64,000 nt of DNA from the human T2T-CHM13v2.0 reference genome, Homo sapiens, in assembly GCF_009914755.1 (NCBI RefSeq), contig NC_060925.1; one strand, 5' to 3'. Position 1 is the stretch's first letter. The number at the start of each line of letters is the position of its first letter. The position numbers and the translations under genes are program-made. The notes beneath the pieces are model-generated. The model was not told the DNA's origin, did no database searches, and worked only from the letters and a program-made list of their open reading frames with translations. Shown here piece after piece: positions 25,735 to 37,099 of this stretch.

Positions 25735-26494
25735 TATTACCGGCGGGTCTTTGTTCTTAGAGTTCCCAAGATGGTGGCGGGCCGCTCCCAAATGGCAGCA
25801 AGCCTTTTGTTCTCTGACCTGGGGTTCTTGGCCTCATGGATTCCTTGGAATGGAACCTTGGGCTATGTGGTGAGTGTTATAGCTCTATTAGAAGCCATGG
25901 GTCACAGAAGAGAACCGTGGAACCCAGAAACTAGTGTTCAGCTTGATTAGGACAAACCCAGGCACTTAGCCATGCAGGAACAATGACAAGACTCTAGCCC
26001 AATCAGGAGTGGCAATGGGCACCTCACTGGATCAGAATTGTGGTGGACACCCTGCCGGATCCGGAGGGGTGGAAGTCATTGGTGGGCCTGGCATGGCGGC
26101 AATCAGCAATGGTGGACAGCAAGTGAAAGCTCAGCTCAAGTCGGAACAAACAGACCAGAAGAGTGTGCAGTTGCAAGACTTAATAGAGTGAAAACAGAGC
26201 TCCCATACAACGGGAGAAGACCCAAAGTGGGTTGCCACTGCCGGCTCAAAATGCCTGGGTTTATATCGCAATCATTGTCCCTCTCCCTGTGCTCTCAGGC
26301 AACAGATGATTGACTATTTCTTTACCTCCAGCTTTTAGCCTAATTGGTATTTTAGTGAGCTCTCTTTACTACCTGATTGGTCGGGTGTGAGCTGAGTTAC
26401 AAGCCCCGTGTTTAAAGGTGGGTGCAGTCACCTTCTCCAGGTAGGCTTAGGAATTGTTAGTCGGCCTAGGAAATCCAGCTAATCCTGTTTCTCA
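25735..26494 (-). repeat. HERV-W 5' LTR (LTR17)
   Basis: Direct repeat of 17449-18210; about 12 differences in the first ~120 aligned nt by eye. Confidence 0.95.
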
Positions 26495-28448
26495 CAGAGA
26501 GGAAGAGTACAGCAGTTGTGAGGCATTGAACTCAGTGCTGCCCTGTTACAGCAGAAAACAAAACTGAACCAAACTCAGCTGACACCCACCCAGGGAGTGA
26601 GCATTTAAACAAGCCCTAGCCAGAAGGGAATTTCTGATCCCATTAGTCAGAACTTGAGTTCCCAGAAGCCTTGCAGCTGTGGGCTAAAGTGCTCTGGAAC
26701 CCTAAACAAATTTGAAAGACAGTCTAGGCCACAAAGACTGCAACTCCTAGGTGAGTTATAGTGCTGAACTGGGCCCAGAGCCAGTGGACTAGTGGGGCAC
26801 ATGGCCCACTGATACATGAGCTAGGGCAGCTAAGGGAATGCTGACATCACCCCTCCCCTAACCCCAGGCTTCACAGCTCATGTCTCCAAAAAGAGACCCC
26901 TTCCTTCCACTTGAGGTGAGGAGAAGGAAGAGCGGGGAGGACTGTGTCTTGCATTTTTGTATACCAGCTCAGCCACAGCAGAATAGGGCAGTGGTCATAG
27001 TCAGGAGGCTCCCTTTCCAAACCCTAGCTCTGTCATGACATTTCTATACACCCGCTGGGCCAGAGGGAAACCCACTGCCTTGAAGGGAAAGACCCAGTCC
27101 TTGCAGAATTTACCTGCTAACTAAAGAGCCCTTGGGTCCTGAATAACTAGCAGTGATTCCCAGTTACTACACTCAGGACTTCAGGTGACACTTTGAGACT
27201 TGCTGGCTTCAGGTGAGACTCAGCACATTCCCAGGTGTGGTGGCTACAGGGTGATACTTCTGCTTGAGAAAAGCAGAGGAAAAGGTAAAGAGGGTTTTGT
27301 CTTGCATGTGAGGCACCAGCTTGGCCACAGGGAGGTATAGCACCAAGTGAGCTTTTGAGGTCCCTGATACCAGACTTGATTCTTTTATGGCATTTCTGGA
27401 CCTTCCCTTGGGAAAAGGGAAACACACTGCCCTGAAGAATGAGTCCCAGTTTGGGCAGCATTAACCACAAGCTGATTGAAGAGTCTGAAGGGAACAGTGG
27501 TGGTATTATGGAAGTACTCTCCATGGTCTGTGATCGTGGTAGCCACAGAGTGAGGCTCTTCTGCCTTTGGAACAAAATGAGGAGAGAGAGAAGGACTGCA
27601 TTTTTTGTTTGAGTACCACCTCAGCCACAATACAATAGAATGCCAGATAGATTTCTAAAGGACTTGACTGTAGTCCCTGGCTTGTGAACAGCACCTCTGG
27701 ACCTCTCTGGGGCCTAGGAGAACTTACTGCCCTGAAGGGAAGAACACAGGCCTGGCTGGCTATGGTACCTGCTAATTTTAGAACCCCAGGGCTTTGAGAA
27801 AACATAGGTGGTAGTAGCCAGGGAGTGGTTCCGGCAGACTTTGGGTAAGACTCAGTGCTTTGCTGGCTTCATGTCTGATCCACTGCAATTCTAGTCATTT
27901 TGGCCACAGGGGTGCTTGTGTCACCCTTCCTCCAGCTCCAGGCAGCTCAGCCCAGAGGCAGAGACTCTGTTTGTTTTGGAGAAAGTGAGGGAAGAGAACA
28001 AGAGTCTCTGCCTGGTAATCAAAAAAAAAAAAAATCTTAATTCTCCAAGTTGAATACGTAAGTGAAGAGATTATGCTTTTCTCCCTTTTTATAAACCACT
28101 TAATTTAGAAAACTTTTATATGTATTTTCTTTGAAATGTATGCACATCTTTTAAAAAGCTAAATATGTCTTTTGTCATTTCATTTGACTCAGGTGTACCT
28201 TTATTTTAAACCTGGAAATCATTGTTTTGATATACCAATAGCAAAAGGTAGAGCATCCTATTCCAGAATTTCTTTTGGAGAGAAGAGCCTACCTTCAGCA
28301 GGACCTGGCTCCAAGTTCCAAAACTATCTTATGTCATGAAGAAATAGAAAATTTGTATTTCTTTTGAATATAGGCAGTTCAGTTTTTTGTTGACTATAGC
28401 CAAAACACAGATGACCTCCCCAGTTACCAGGTGAATTTAGGGTGAACA

Positions 28449-28450
<2 letters not shown>

Positions 28451-28498
<48 letters not shown>
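28451..28498. repeat. (TG)24 microsatellite
   Basis: Perfect dinucleotide run at the 3' end of the HERV-F element. Confidence 0.98.
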
Positions 28499-28501
<3 letters not shown>

Positions 28502-28929
28502 CAACATGCTGTTTTAATGAGCACCTGAGTGCCGGCAGGCTGAGGCCTAAAATGGCGTCAGCACCAAGTGAGGACGGGGCAAAGGTTTTATGGTCTCCTG
28601 CAAGCTGGAAGTGTCCTAGTCTGATGTAACTGCTACATTGTTGTACCCGGATGGCCTCTTTCTCAATCTTCAGGGGTACGTGTCTTCTGGCAGGCTCTCT
28701 TGCTGCTTCTGCTATCTTGCCGGCACATGCTGCTGGTGCAGGTAGCCTTGCACCGTGGGACTGGGCCTGAGAAGGGAGGAGTTATTCATCTCCTTAAGCT
28801 TTCAGGCCCAGGGAAAGAATCTTACATTCCTGTCTATTTGGTTATAGAAAAGGGAAAACAGATGACTTTCTCAATAACTACTTCAGGCGTGACATGGGGT
28901 GGCGTGGGCATCTTGGGCAAAGAAAAACT

Positions 28930-29635
28930 GAATTTTGGGGGTATTCTTAAGAGACGGGATGGTATCCATCGTGTCGTTGTAGCAGGAGCATCGTCTGGAT
29001 TGTCTGGCGGTTAACTGTAGTTTTAACAAGAGTTTTAATGGCTTTTATTATCAGTGGGATAACACACCGGAGAAACAGGAGGGGCCCGATGATGAAGATT
29101 ACTGCCCCTACCAGTGTTTTAAATCCTCCTAAATTAGACAACCACCCTCCTAGAAGGTTTGTTCGGTCCCATCCCTTCCAGGTTTGGGCTGGTACATGGG
29201 CTACTTTTCTGATGTTTGAAGCGATTTCTAGAACCGTTTTTCTGTTATCATCTATGTTAAGACAGCAGTTTAGAGATATTAAACTTACCACAGACTCCAC
29301 CCTCTTCTTCTAATAAGTAGTTTAGTGCTAGCCTGTTTTGATAAATTGCTACACGCATTTGGTTTTGTTGCGCCGAGCATTTCCAGGGCTGAGGCAGTTT
29401 GGTTAGTGATTATCTCTAGAACAGCCTGTAGTCTAGTTATTCTATTTAGCATATATATAGAAGTGCAATAACCCCATGAATCATCCTCAGCCCAAGTGGC
29501 AGGACCATAATATTGGATGATCCGTTGTGGAGGCTATTTGTCCCTTTGCCATCTTTTGGCTTCCTCCTACCTTTAAGGATAGTTTTTTTCTTTGTTTAGG
29601 TTATTATATACAGGGACTCCGAGGGTGCTGCCCAC
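28930..29635 (-). pseudogene. HERV-F env remnant (ERV3-like TM; most of SU missing)
   Basis: [13 protein letters not shown]; [11 protein letters not shown] immunosuppressive domain; NCCLNIDD; hydrophobic LVGAVIFIIGPLLFL anchor. Confidence 0.85.
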
Positions 29636-29639
29636 TGTT

Positions 29640-31950
29640 AATGTTTTGGAGGAAGGAGTAGCCTTGGGGGTGAGCTTGACCCTGGTGCAGTAGACCCAGT
29701 GGGGGAGTCCTTGGACTCTCACTGCAGTTGGCCTGCTGAGTATCACAGTGTAGGGGCCTGTCCATTTTGGTTGTAGCTTTTGGTGAGGGTCAAATTGGCA
29801 GATAAACCCCATTCTTTCCAGACGGATGAGTGTGAATGCACTATGTGGAACGCATAACGAGAATTTGAATATATGTTGATCTGTTTTCTGGCTGCTAGAG
29901 TCAGAGCTCAAGTGAGGGCGATGAGTTCAGCTTTTTGAGAGGTGGTGCCTAGAAGTAGTGGATTGGCTTTAATAGTGTGTGTTTGTAGGTGACACTATAG
30001 CATAGCCAGCATTCCAGTATCCTTGATGTAGGAAGGAGCTGCCATTTACAAACCAAGTAGAGGAGGCATCTGGAAGGGGTTGGTCTTAGGTTTGGAAGAG
30101 GTATAAGTAAGGTTTGAACAGTGTTCACACAGAAGTGTATAGGGTCTTGGGCAGTTGTAGCTTCAGGTAAGAGCATGGCTGTGTTTAGACGGGAGCTGGT
30201 TAGCACAGTGCTTTGGGGGGTTTCTATGAATAGAGAATACAGTTGGAGGAGCCGTGAGGCAGAGATGAGACTTAGTACATTGCGGTGAGCTAGCATGTCT
30301 TTGATCTTATGGGTTGAATAAACTGTTAGGTTGGCATGGAGAGATAGTTTTAGGCTTTCAAGGGTGAGGACAGCAGCTGCTGCCAATGCTCAGAGGCAGG
30401 CAGGCCATCTGAGAACTGTGGCTTCAAGCTGTTTAGAGAGGTAGGCAACAACCTGGAGGGTGAGTCCCTTAGACTAGGTTAGAACACCTAATGCAACTCC
30501 ATGCTGTTCATCGGTATAGTTGGAGAAAGGTTTGGTGAGGTCTGGGAGAGTGAGGACGGGGGCCTGAAATGAGAGCCTTTTGGAGTAGATGGAAAGGTCG
30601 GGTAATAGGCTGTGCAGGTTTTAAGGGCTCATGGAGAGGGCCTTTAGCAGCTTCGTATAACGGTTTGGCAAGTAAAGCGAAGGAGAGAACCCAGAGCCTA
30701 AAATATCCCACTAGTTCTAGAAAAGAGAAAATTTCTTGCTTGGTTTGCGGAGGCAGGAGAGACTGGAGGAGGGATGTGCGGTCAGTTGTGAGCCCTCGGG
30801 TTCACGGGCTAAGAGCTAGGCCTAGATAGGTGACTGAGGGGGTGCATATTTTTGCTTTCTTAGGGGAGACCCAATACCCCTGTTCTGTCAAGAAGTTTAA
30901 AAGAGATAGTATGGGTGTCGAAGTCTCTTTGGGAGGGGCTACACAGGAGCAGATTGTTAACATATTGAAGGAGAGTGGACGGTTTTAGGGATAAGGTAGA
31001 GAGGTCGTGAGCAAGGGCCTGTCCAAAAAGGTGGGGGCTGTCTCTGAAACATTGAGGTGGTAGTACACACCAGGTGAGCTGACGTGAAAGGTGGGTGTCG
31101 GGGTTTTCCCAAGTAAAGGCAAAGAGGTTTGGGGAATTAGAGTGTAAAGGAATTGTGAAAAAAAGCATCTTTTATGTTTAGAATAGAAAAATGGGTGGTA
31201 TTGGAGGGAATTGCGGAAAGTGAAGTATATGGGTCAGGAACTACTAGACAGCTTGGTTAATGAGCCTGAGGTCCTGAACTAAGCGATAAGTTCCTGGCTT
31301 TTTAACAGATAGAACTGGTGTGTTAAAAGGGGATTTTGTTGGGCAGAGTAGGTGACTAGCAAGGAGGTGAGAAACGATAGGCTTTAGGCCTACAAGAGCT
31401 GCTTGGGGGATGGGATACTGCTTCTGTGATAGAAACTGGGTGGGCTCTTTAAGGGTAATGCAGACGGTGGTGTGGTGTTTTGCGCCTAAACAGCGGGGTT
31501 GACTACAGATGGGGGATAAGGAAAAGTTGCATGTTTTAAGGTGGGAGGTTGGAGGAGTAGAAGAAAGTTAGAAGTACCACAGGGGTCTAGGTGGATGTCT
31601 TGGGTACTATGGGAAATGTGGAAGTAGGGAGTAATGTGGAGTTTTGAAAGGATGTCTCTGCTTAGGAGCAGAGTTGGGCATGAGGGCAGAACTAAGAAAG
31701 AGTGAGTGAAGGAAAAGGTTACGTGTAGGGAGCAGAAGAGTGGAGCAGGGGCTTGGGGTTTGGAGAGTTGTCCATCAATTCCCACAACAGAGACTTGGGA
31801 GGACTGGGTGGGTCCTGAAAAATTAGGTAAAGCAGAGTAGCTTGCCTGGTATTAATTTAAAAAAACATACTGGCCTACTTGCCACCATCAGGGTTACCAC
31901 TTGGCTCGGATGAAGCGATGGTAGTTGCCAGGGTGTCCTTTCCAGGGCAC
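29640..31950 (-). pseudogene. HERV-F pro-pol remnant (integrase core deleted)
   Basis: SCPTLLLSRDILSKL; LFAFTWENP..QLTWCVLPPQCFRDSPHLF; LQYVNNLLL (decayed YVDD); RNaseH joined to QPKWTGPYTVIL. Confidence 0.88.
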
Positions 31951-33744
31951 CGTCAGTCTTCAGTGGCAAGGCCAATGAGATCCAAGTATGAGGTTTTGGC
32001 CTGCTCGGGAAGGGATGGGGGCGGTCCTTGCTGGGGGCGGTCCTTGCTGGGGCCGCTCATAGTCCAACTTCCAGTGGGGTCCTCTGCAGAGGGGCACAGC
32101 CTGGTGGGCTTACCTGGGTTTGGGCATTGTCTGGGCCATTGGCCTTCATTGCCGCACTTGAAACAGGTGCCAGCCAGGTGGAGGTGGATTGCTAGGAGGC
32201 TTCTGTGTGGAGCTGCCACCCAGTGGGCCAGCAGGGGGCCCCTGATGGCAGAGGCAAGCATTTGAAACTCTGCCTGTTTTTGCCTTTTACTTTCCCCATC
32301 ACGATTGTTAAAGACTTTGAAGGGTAAATTAAGAAAGTCTCACCGTGGGGTTTGAGGGCCGTCATCAAGCTTCTGAAGCTTGCACCAAATATCAGGGTTG
32401 GATTGGGAGATGAACCGAAGGTTTAAAATAGTGGTTCCTTCTGGCCTGATTGGGTCTAGGTTGGTATATTTTCTCATGGCTTCAGTTAAATGAGGGAGAA
32501 AAAGGGTTGGGTTTTCCTCAGGACCTTGGGTGATTTCTAAAAATGGGCACTCTTTTTGAGTGCTGCAAGGAGACACACAATCATGTGGTCTCAAAAGCGG
32601 TGTCCAGAGGCCCCGTCTTGATAATCCCAGTGGGGGTCCTGGTTGGGGACTGCCTCTGCACCAGTAGGCTGGGCAGGAGCTTGGTGATGAATTGTATCAG
32701 CATGTGCCTGAGCTAGGGTGCAGATACAGTCCCGGTCTTCTGGGGTGAGGCTGGAAGAGAGGATAACATAGAGGTCATGCCAGGTTACTTCGTAAGACTG
32801 GGTAAGGTCCTGAAACTCCCTAATATAAGAGGCAGGGTCTTCTGGAAATGAACTGAGTCTTTTGTTAATTTGAGAGAGATCAGTGAGGGAGAAGGGAACA
32901 TGAACTCTAACAATATCTTTGGTTCCTGCTACTTCCTGAAGGGGGCACTCTAGCACAGGTGCTGAAATAAGGGTGGGGCATGGGCCAAAGATGGTGCCTG
33001 AGCGAGTATGGGCAGGAGAGAAGGAAGAACCTGGAAGTGGTTCCTGCTGAGGATGTGAAGGGGGAAAGGGGATTGAGTTAATAGGCAGTGGAGGATAGAT
33101 CGGGGCATAAGGTGGTGGGATGAGTTTACAGGCTTCAGGAGAGGGTGGTGAGGAAGGAGAATGAGTACAGGCAATGCTAGAGTTGTCCTGAGGAGAGGAT
33201 GGTGTAGGAAAAGAAGTGGATACAGTTGACTGGGAAGATGGCAGCTGGGAAGATGGCTGAGAAGACAACAAGGAGGCTTGGGGGGTTAAAGAAGATGGTT
33301 GAGAGGAAGAGGTAGGGACTGGGAGGGGTGGGCAGCAGTCTGCTGGATCTAATGAGGAAAAAGAGGTAGGGTTGGGAGGAGAAAGGTGATCAGGGCAGCG
33401 AGAATGGAGGAGAAGGGAATGGAGGAGAAGGATTTGAACAGGTGAGCAAAAATTGCAGAGGTCGGGGTGTAATCTGAGTGCAAAAAGGCCCAGACATAAG
33501 GAATTTCTCCTCATTTTTCCAGTTGTCGACAATAATTGCTTATGTCAGTTAAAATTGTAAAGTCGAATGTTCTATTTGTGGGCCATTTGGACCCGTTATC
33601 TAATTCGTACTGCGGCCAGGCTGTATCGCAAAAAAAGACAAGGTGTTTAGGGTGGATATCTTGCCTGAGGCCTAAGGTTTGCAGGTTTTTTATGGGGCAG
33701 CCTAGAGGGCTGTTTTTTGGAATGGAGGACCGGGAGTTTCCCAT
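31950..33744 (-). pseudogene. HERV-F gag remnant
   Basis: MGNSRSSIPKNSPLGC at 33744; AWPQYELDNGSKWP; PPPY late motif; VHVPFSLTDL; CFKCGNEGQWPRQC knuckle. Confidence 0.88.
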
Positions 33745-34142
33745 AACGGAGGGTAGGCTTGGGAGAACAGGGAAAAGGAGACCATCCTGGATGGCTGGAG
33801 GGAGATGATAAAAGGAGCGATCATCACTGCTGCCTTTTTCCTCCCCAAACGGAATCAAATGGCTTGGAGGCGTCCTCCTAAGACCAGATGATCATTGAGT
33901 ACCTGGCACACGCCAGAGCCTTCTTGGACCAACGTTGGATTTTCAGACCGGAGAAATCAAGAGAGGCCGTGTGGATTTTCCCCTGCTAACCAGGCTCCCG
34001 GGAAACTTACCAGTAGGCGAGATCAGTGACCGATGTGCATGCAGAGAGAGGCGACTGGAGGCTGAGGAGTTTCCTTTGTCTGGCTGCTATGGCCTGCTCT
34101 CCGGAGTGGAGGGGTAGGTCCACAGGTGCAGATCTGAGCCCC

Positions 34143-34160
34143 TCCTGGGTCTCAGCACCA
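34143..34160 (-). promoter_or_regulatory. Primer binding site tRNA-Phe
   Basis: TGGTGCTGAGACCCAGGA versus recalled tRNA-Phe complement TGGTGCCGAAACCCGGGA (15/18), 2 nt from the LTR end. Confidence 0.85.
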
Positions 34161-36763
34161 GATGTAAGGTTCTTGTATTGGTTCAAACCCCAAGAGAGTG
34201 CCAACACACAAGGCAGTGTGGAGCAACATGCTGTTTTAATGAGCGCCTGGATGCAGGTGGGCTGAGGCCTAAAATGGGGTCAGCCTGAACAATATATTTT
34301 TTAAAAAGATTCTGTCTTCTACTTTTTTCATTACTTTTCATTACTTTTATTTTTGTTTTTGCAGTCTCTTAGCAGATGACGTGATATATGTCACATTGTG
34401 GTTCAATTTTATAAAAAAAAGCAACAGTTTTCTCTCTGTTCTACCATTGTGGAGAGTTTTTCTGGAGTTGAAAATAATTTTGTTTTTAGTTGCTTTTTAA
34501 ACACTGTCCAGAATTACCAAACATGATATAAACATATGTTACCCACAAGGTTTCACTGTAAAGGGGCCTTTCTTTTTTGGGGCGTCCAGTCACATCTCAC
34601 AATTGTACAGCAAAATATTGCACAATTTTTAGATAGAAAGGTCTCTCTATTTGGAATCTACAGTTCTTTGAGAGGAATTAGACCATATTTCTACAAAAAA
34701 AAAAAAACTTCACAAAACAGCAAACAGACCTTCCAGCTCTTTCTTTTAATGCCCCGGCATCTTCAGACCCAAAACTGAGTCAGAGATAGTGGGACCCAGA
34801 AACAACTGGGCTCACATCTGTGTATTGAGTAGGCGTTAAGACTCTCAACTTTCATTCCTTCTCCTGTTGGAATCTGCAGAGGGCACCTGTCACATTCCTG
34901 CCCCTCAAAGACCTAAATCTGCAGCTTAAACTTTTGAATCTAGGTCCTGGGGTTCTTCAGCATCTGTTAGAGAAGGCTTCATGAGGGCTATCTCTCCTCC
35001 AGATTTTCTCCCCATTCTGTAGCTCCACGAAATAGTAAACCAGGTTGACTCTGCCTACAGTCCATACAGAGGGGCTGGCATTTGCCTAAGATTCAAAATA
35101 AAGGGCTAGACTTTGAACTGAGGATGGATAGAAAACTCAGGGGAGACATCTACCGTGTGAGACATCAACATAGACTTTGTAAAGTCCCTCTTTTGGAGTG
35201 GGTTTCTCCATGTTTTGTAGATTTTGTCCAGTGACCTGCTGCAGTTGTGCGAATAGCAAAAGGTAGAGCACCCTGTCTCAGAGTTTCTTTTGGAGAGTAA
35301 AGCCTACCTTCAGCAGGACCTGGAAGAATCTTTAAGTGTAAACAAGTACCTTAGCAATGAGAGGTCAGCACCACAAAAATGCCCAGAGTCATGACCACAA
35401 CTACACCTCACATGTGAACTCTTACTAGAGTAGGATAGTTTTGTCTTTCCTCTTACCCAAGAGTTAGCTGATCAGGGACAGGTAGTATCCCACATGGATC
35501 CAGGGTCAGCTGCTTTACAAGGGCAGTTTAATTTACTTTCCTGGCCTCATAGGAATACCTTGAATTGGTCCTGCCTGATTCATCATGGGGATATCAGCCT
35601 AGGCTTACTGGAACCCCTCTCATCAGCATCCGAGATTCTGTGAGACATTTAGGGATGTCCTGTGAAGACTGTTGATGGGGTTGTATTCTGCTTTCATCTC
35701 AGTGGAAGAGAAATAAGGCATCTGGGGTTTGTTTCTCCCCTCACAGAATGAATCTTCTTGGTTGGTACCTAGATGGGAGTTTCTTCAGTTTCCTGGTACT
35801 TGGATGAAGAACCAAGAGGAGATCTGGAGATGCAAACTAATATATAGACCAATTGCCTCCATTTGATGTGGCTATTAGAAAAGCAAATGGAGCTGTCATG
35901 GCTCCATCATCCGGGAACTTTCAGTCTAGAAAATGTAGATAAATGCTTGAATTTGGAAGTATGTGGCCTGTTTTTTTAAAAAGTAGAGAGAGAGGTGCAC
36001 AGGGAACTTGGGCTTCATTTGAGCTTCTTACTTCCCTAATGTTATTGTGAGTTCTGATGTCACTACCTGAATGGCCATTCCTGAACAGAATTATTAGTAG
36101 TAGGAGGAGGAGGAGGAGGAGGAGTTAGTAGTAGTGGTAGTAGTACAGCAATGGTGGTGGCAGTAAATGCTTTTACCTTCTTAGGAATAAAATATTTAGC
36201 TTCTAATATATTAGTGCCAGAAAATTCTAAAGGTTTATATTATATTTATTATTAGGTTACAGAATAGAGAATTGTCTTAATTGAAATCACACAAACTGTG
36301 AAAGTCAGGTTTCTCATGGGCAGCCTTAGGAAAGACGTAACTGAAAATAAGCCAGTGGTATAAAGATGTGAAGCCCAAGGTCCCAGCCCTGCCCAGATTC
36401 ACCCTCTTCGAAACCTTGTCTAAATATGTTTCCACCCTGGCATTTCCCCTCACGCAACTGATTAGGGGAGATCAGAGGTTTGAGTAGCTGCTCTTGCTGC
36501 CTCCCCAAAGCTGGTACCCACAATTTTCCCAAATCCAAACAGATAAATGGGAGCCGAAGACTATATTTTGGTGCCTTAATTTTTATTTTTTAATTAAAAT
36601 CTGTGTTTCTAAAAACATTTTGCTCAGTAACCTGTTCTCTATTTCCTCAGATTCAGTAGTTGCTCTCCAAGTTATAAAACAGTAAATATAAATATATAAC
36701 AATAAAAAGTTCCTCTGACCTATATGCCACACTTATTTCTGTGTCTCTTCCATCTATATTTAG

Positions 36764-37099
<336 letters not shown>

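Larger units (their letters stand above)
17449..26494 (-). mobile_element. HERV-W (HERV17/LTR17) provirus, two complete LTRs, coding-defective
   Basis: Both LTRs start tgaga(g/a)acagga(c/t)t(g/a)gctggatttcctagg on the minus strand; 4-bp TSD CAGA at 17445-17448 and 26495-26498; gag, pro, pol and env translations match the syncytin-1/MSRV family. Confidence 0.97.
17195..28020 (+). mobile_element. Old L1 (L1M1/L1PB/L1MA-like) 5'UTR, split by the HERV-W provirus (17195-17448 and 26495-28020)
   Basis: L1 5' start gggcagagcatgatggctgaatagaa; continuous across the CAGA TSD; 300-350-bp repeated monomers with cactgccctgaaggg; no ORF1 follows. Confidence 0.75.
28451..34285 (-). mobile_element. HERV-F / XA34-like (HERVFH21/LTR21-like) element with truncated LTRs: U3-R at 28501-28826, R-U5 at 34163-34284
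   Basis: PBS-Phe; HERV-H-like gag/pol; ERV3-like env TM; 62-nt R repeated at 28501-28562 and 34223-34284 (7 mismatches). Confidence 0.85.
28035..34500 (+). mobile_element. Old ERV1 MER-type LTR (28035-28450 and 34286-~34500) that is the host of the HERV-F insertion
   Basis: aaacacagatgacctccccagttaccaggtgaatttagggtgaac continues after the insert as ...gcagtctcttagcagat...ctaccattgtggagagtttttctgg; subfamily not determined. Confidence 0.5.

Noticed and set aside
32591-33532. 313-aa Ser/Pro-rich ORF as a novel protein
   Set aside because: Internal piece of the frameshifted HERV-F gag; out of frame with the gag ATG, and the element has no upstream U3 promoter
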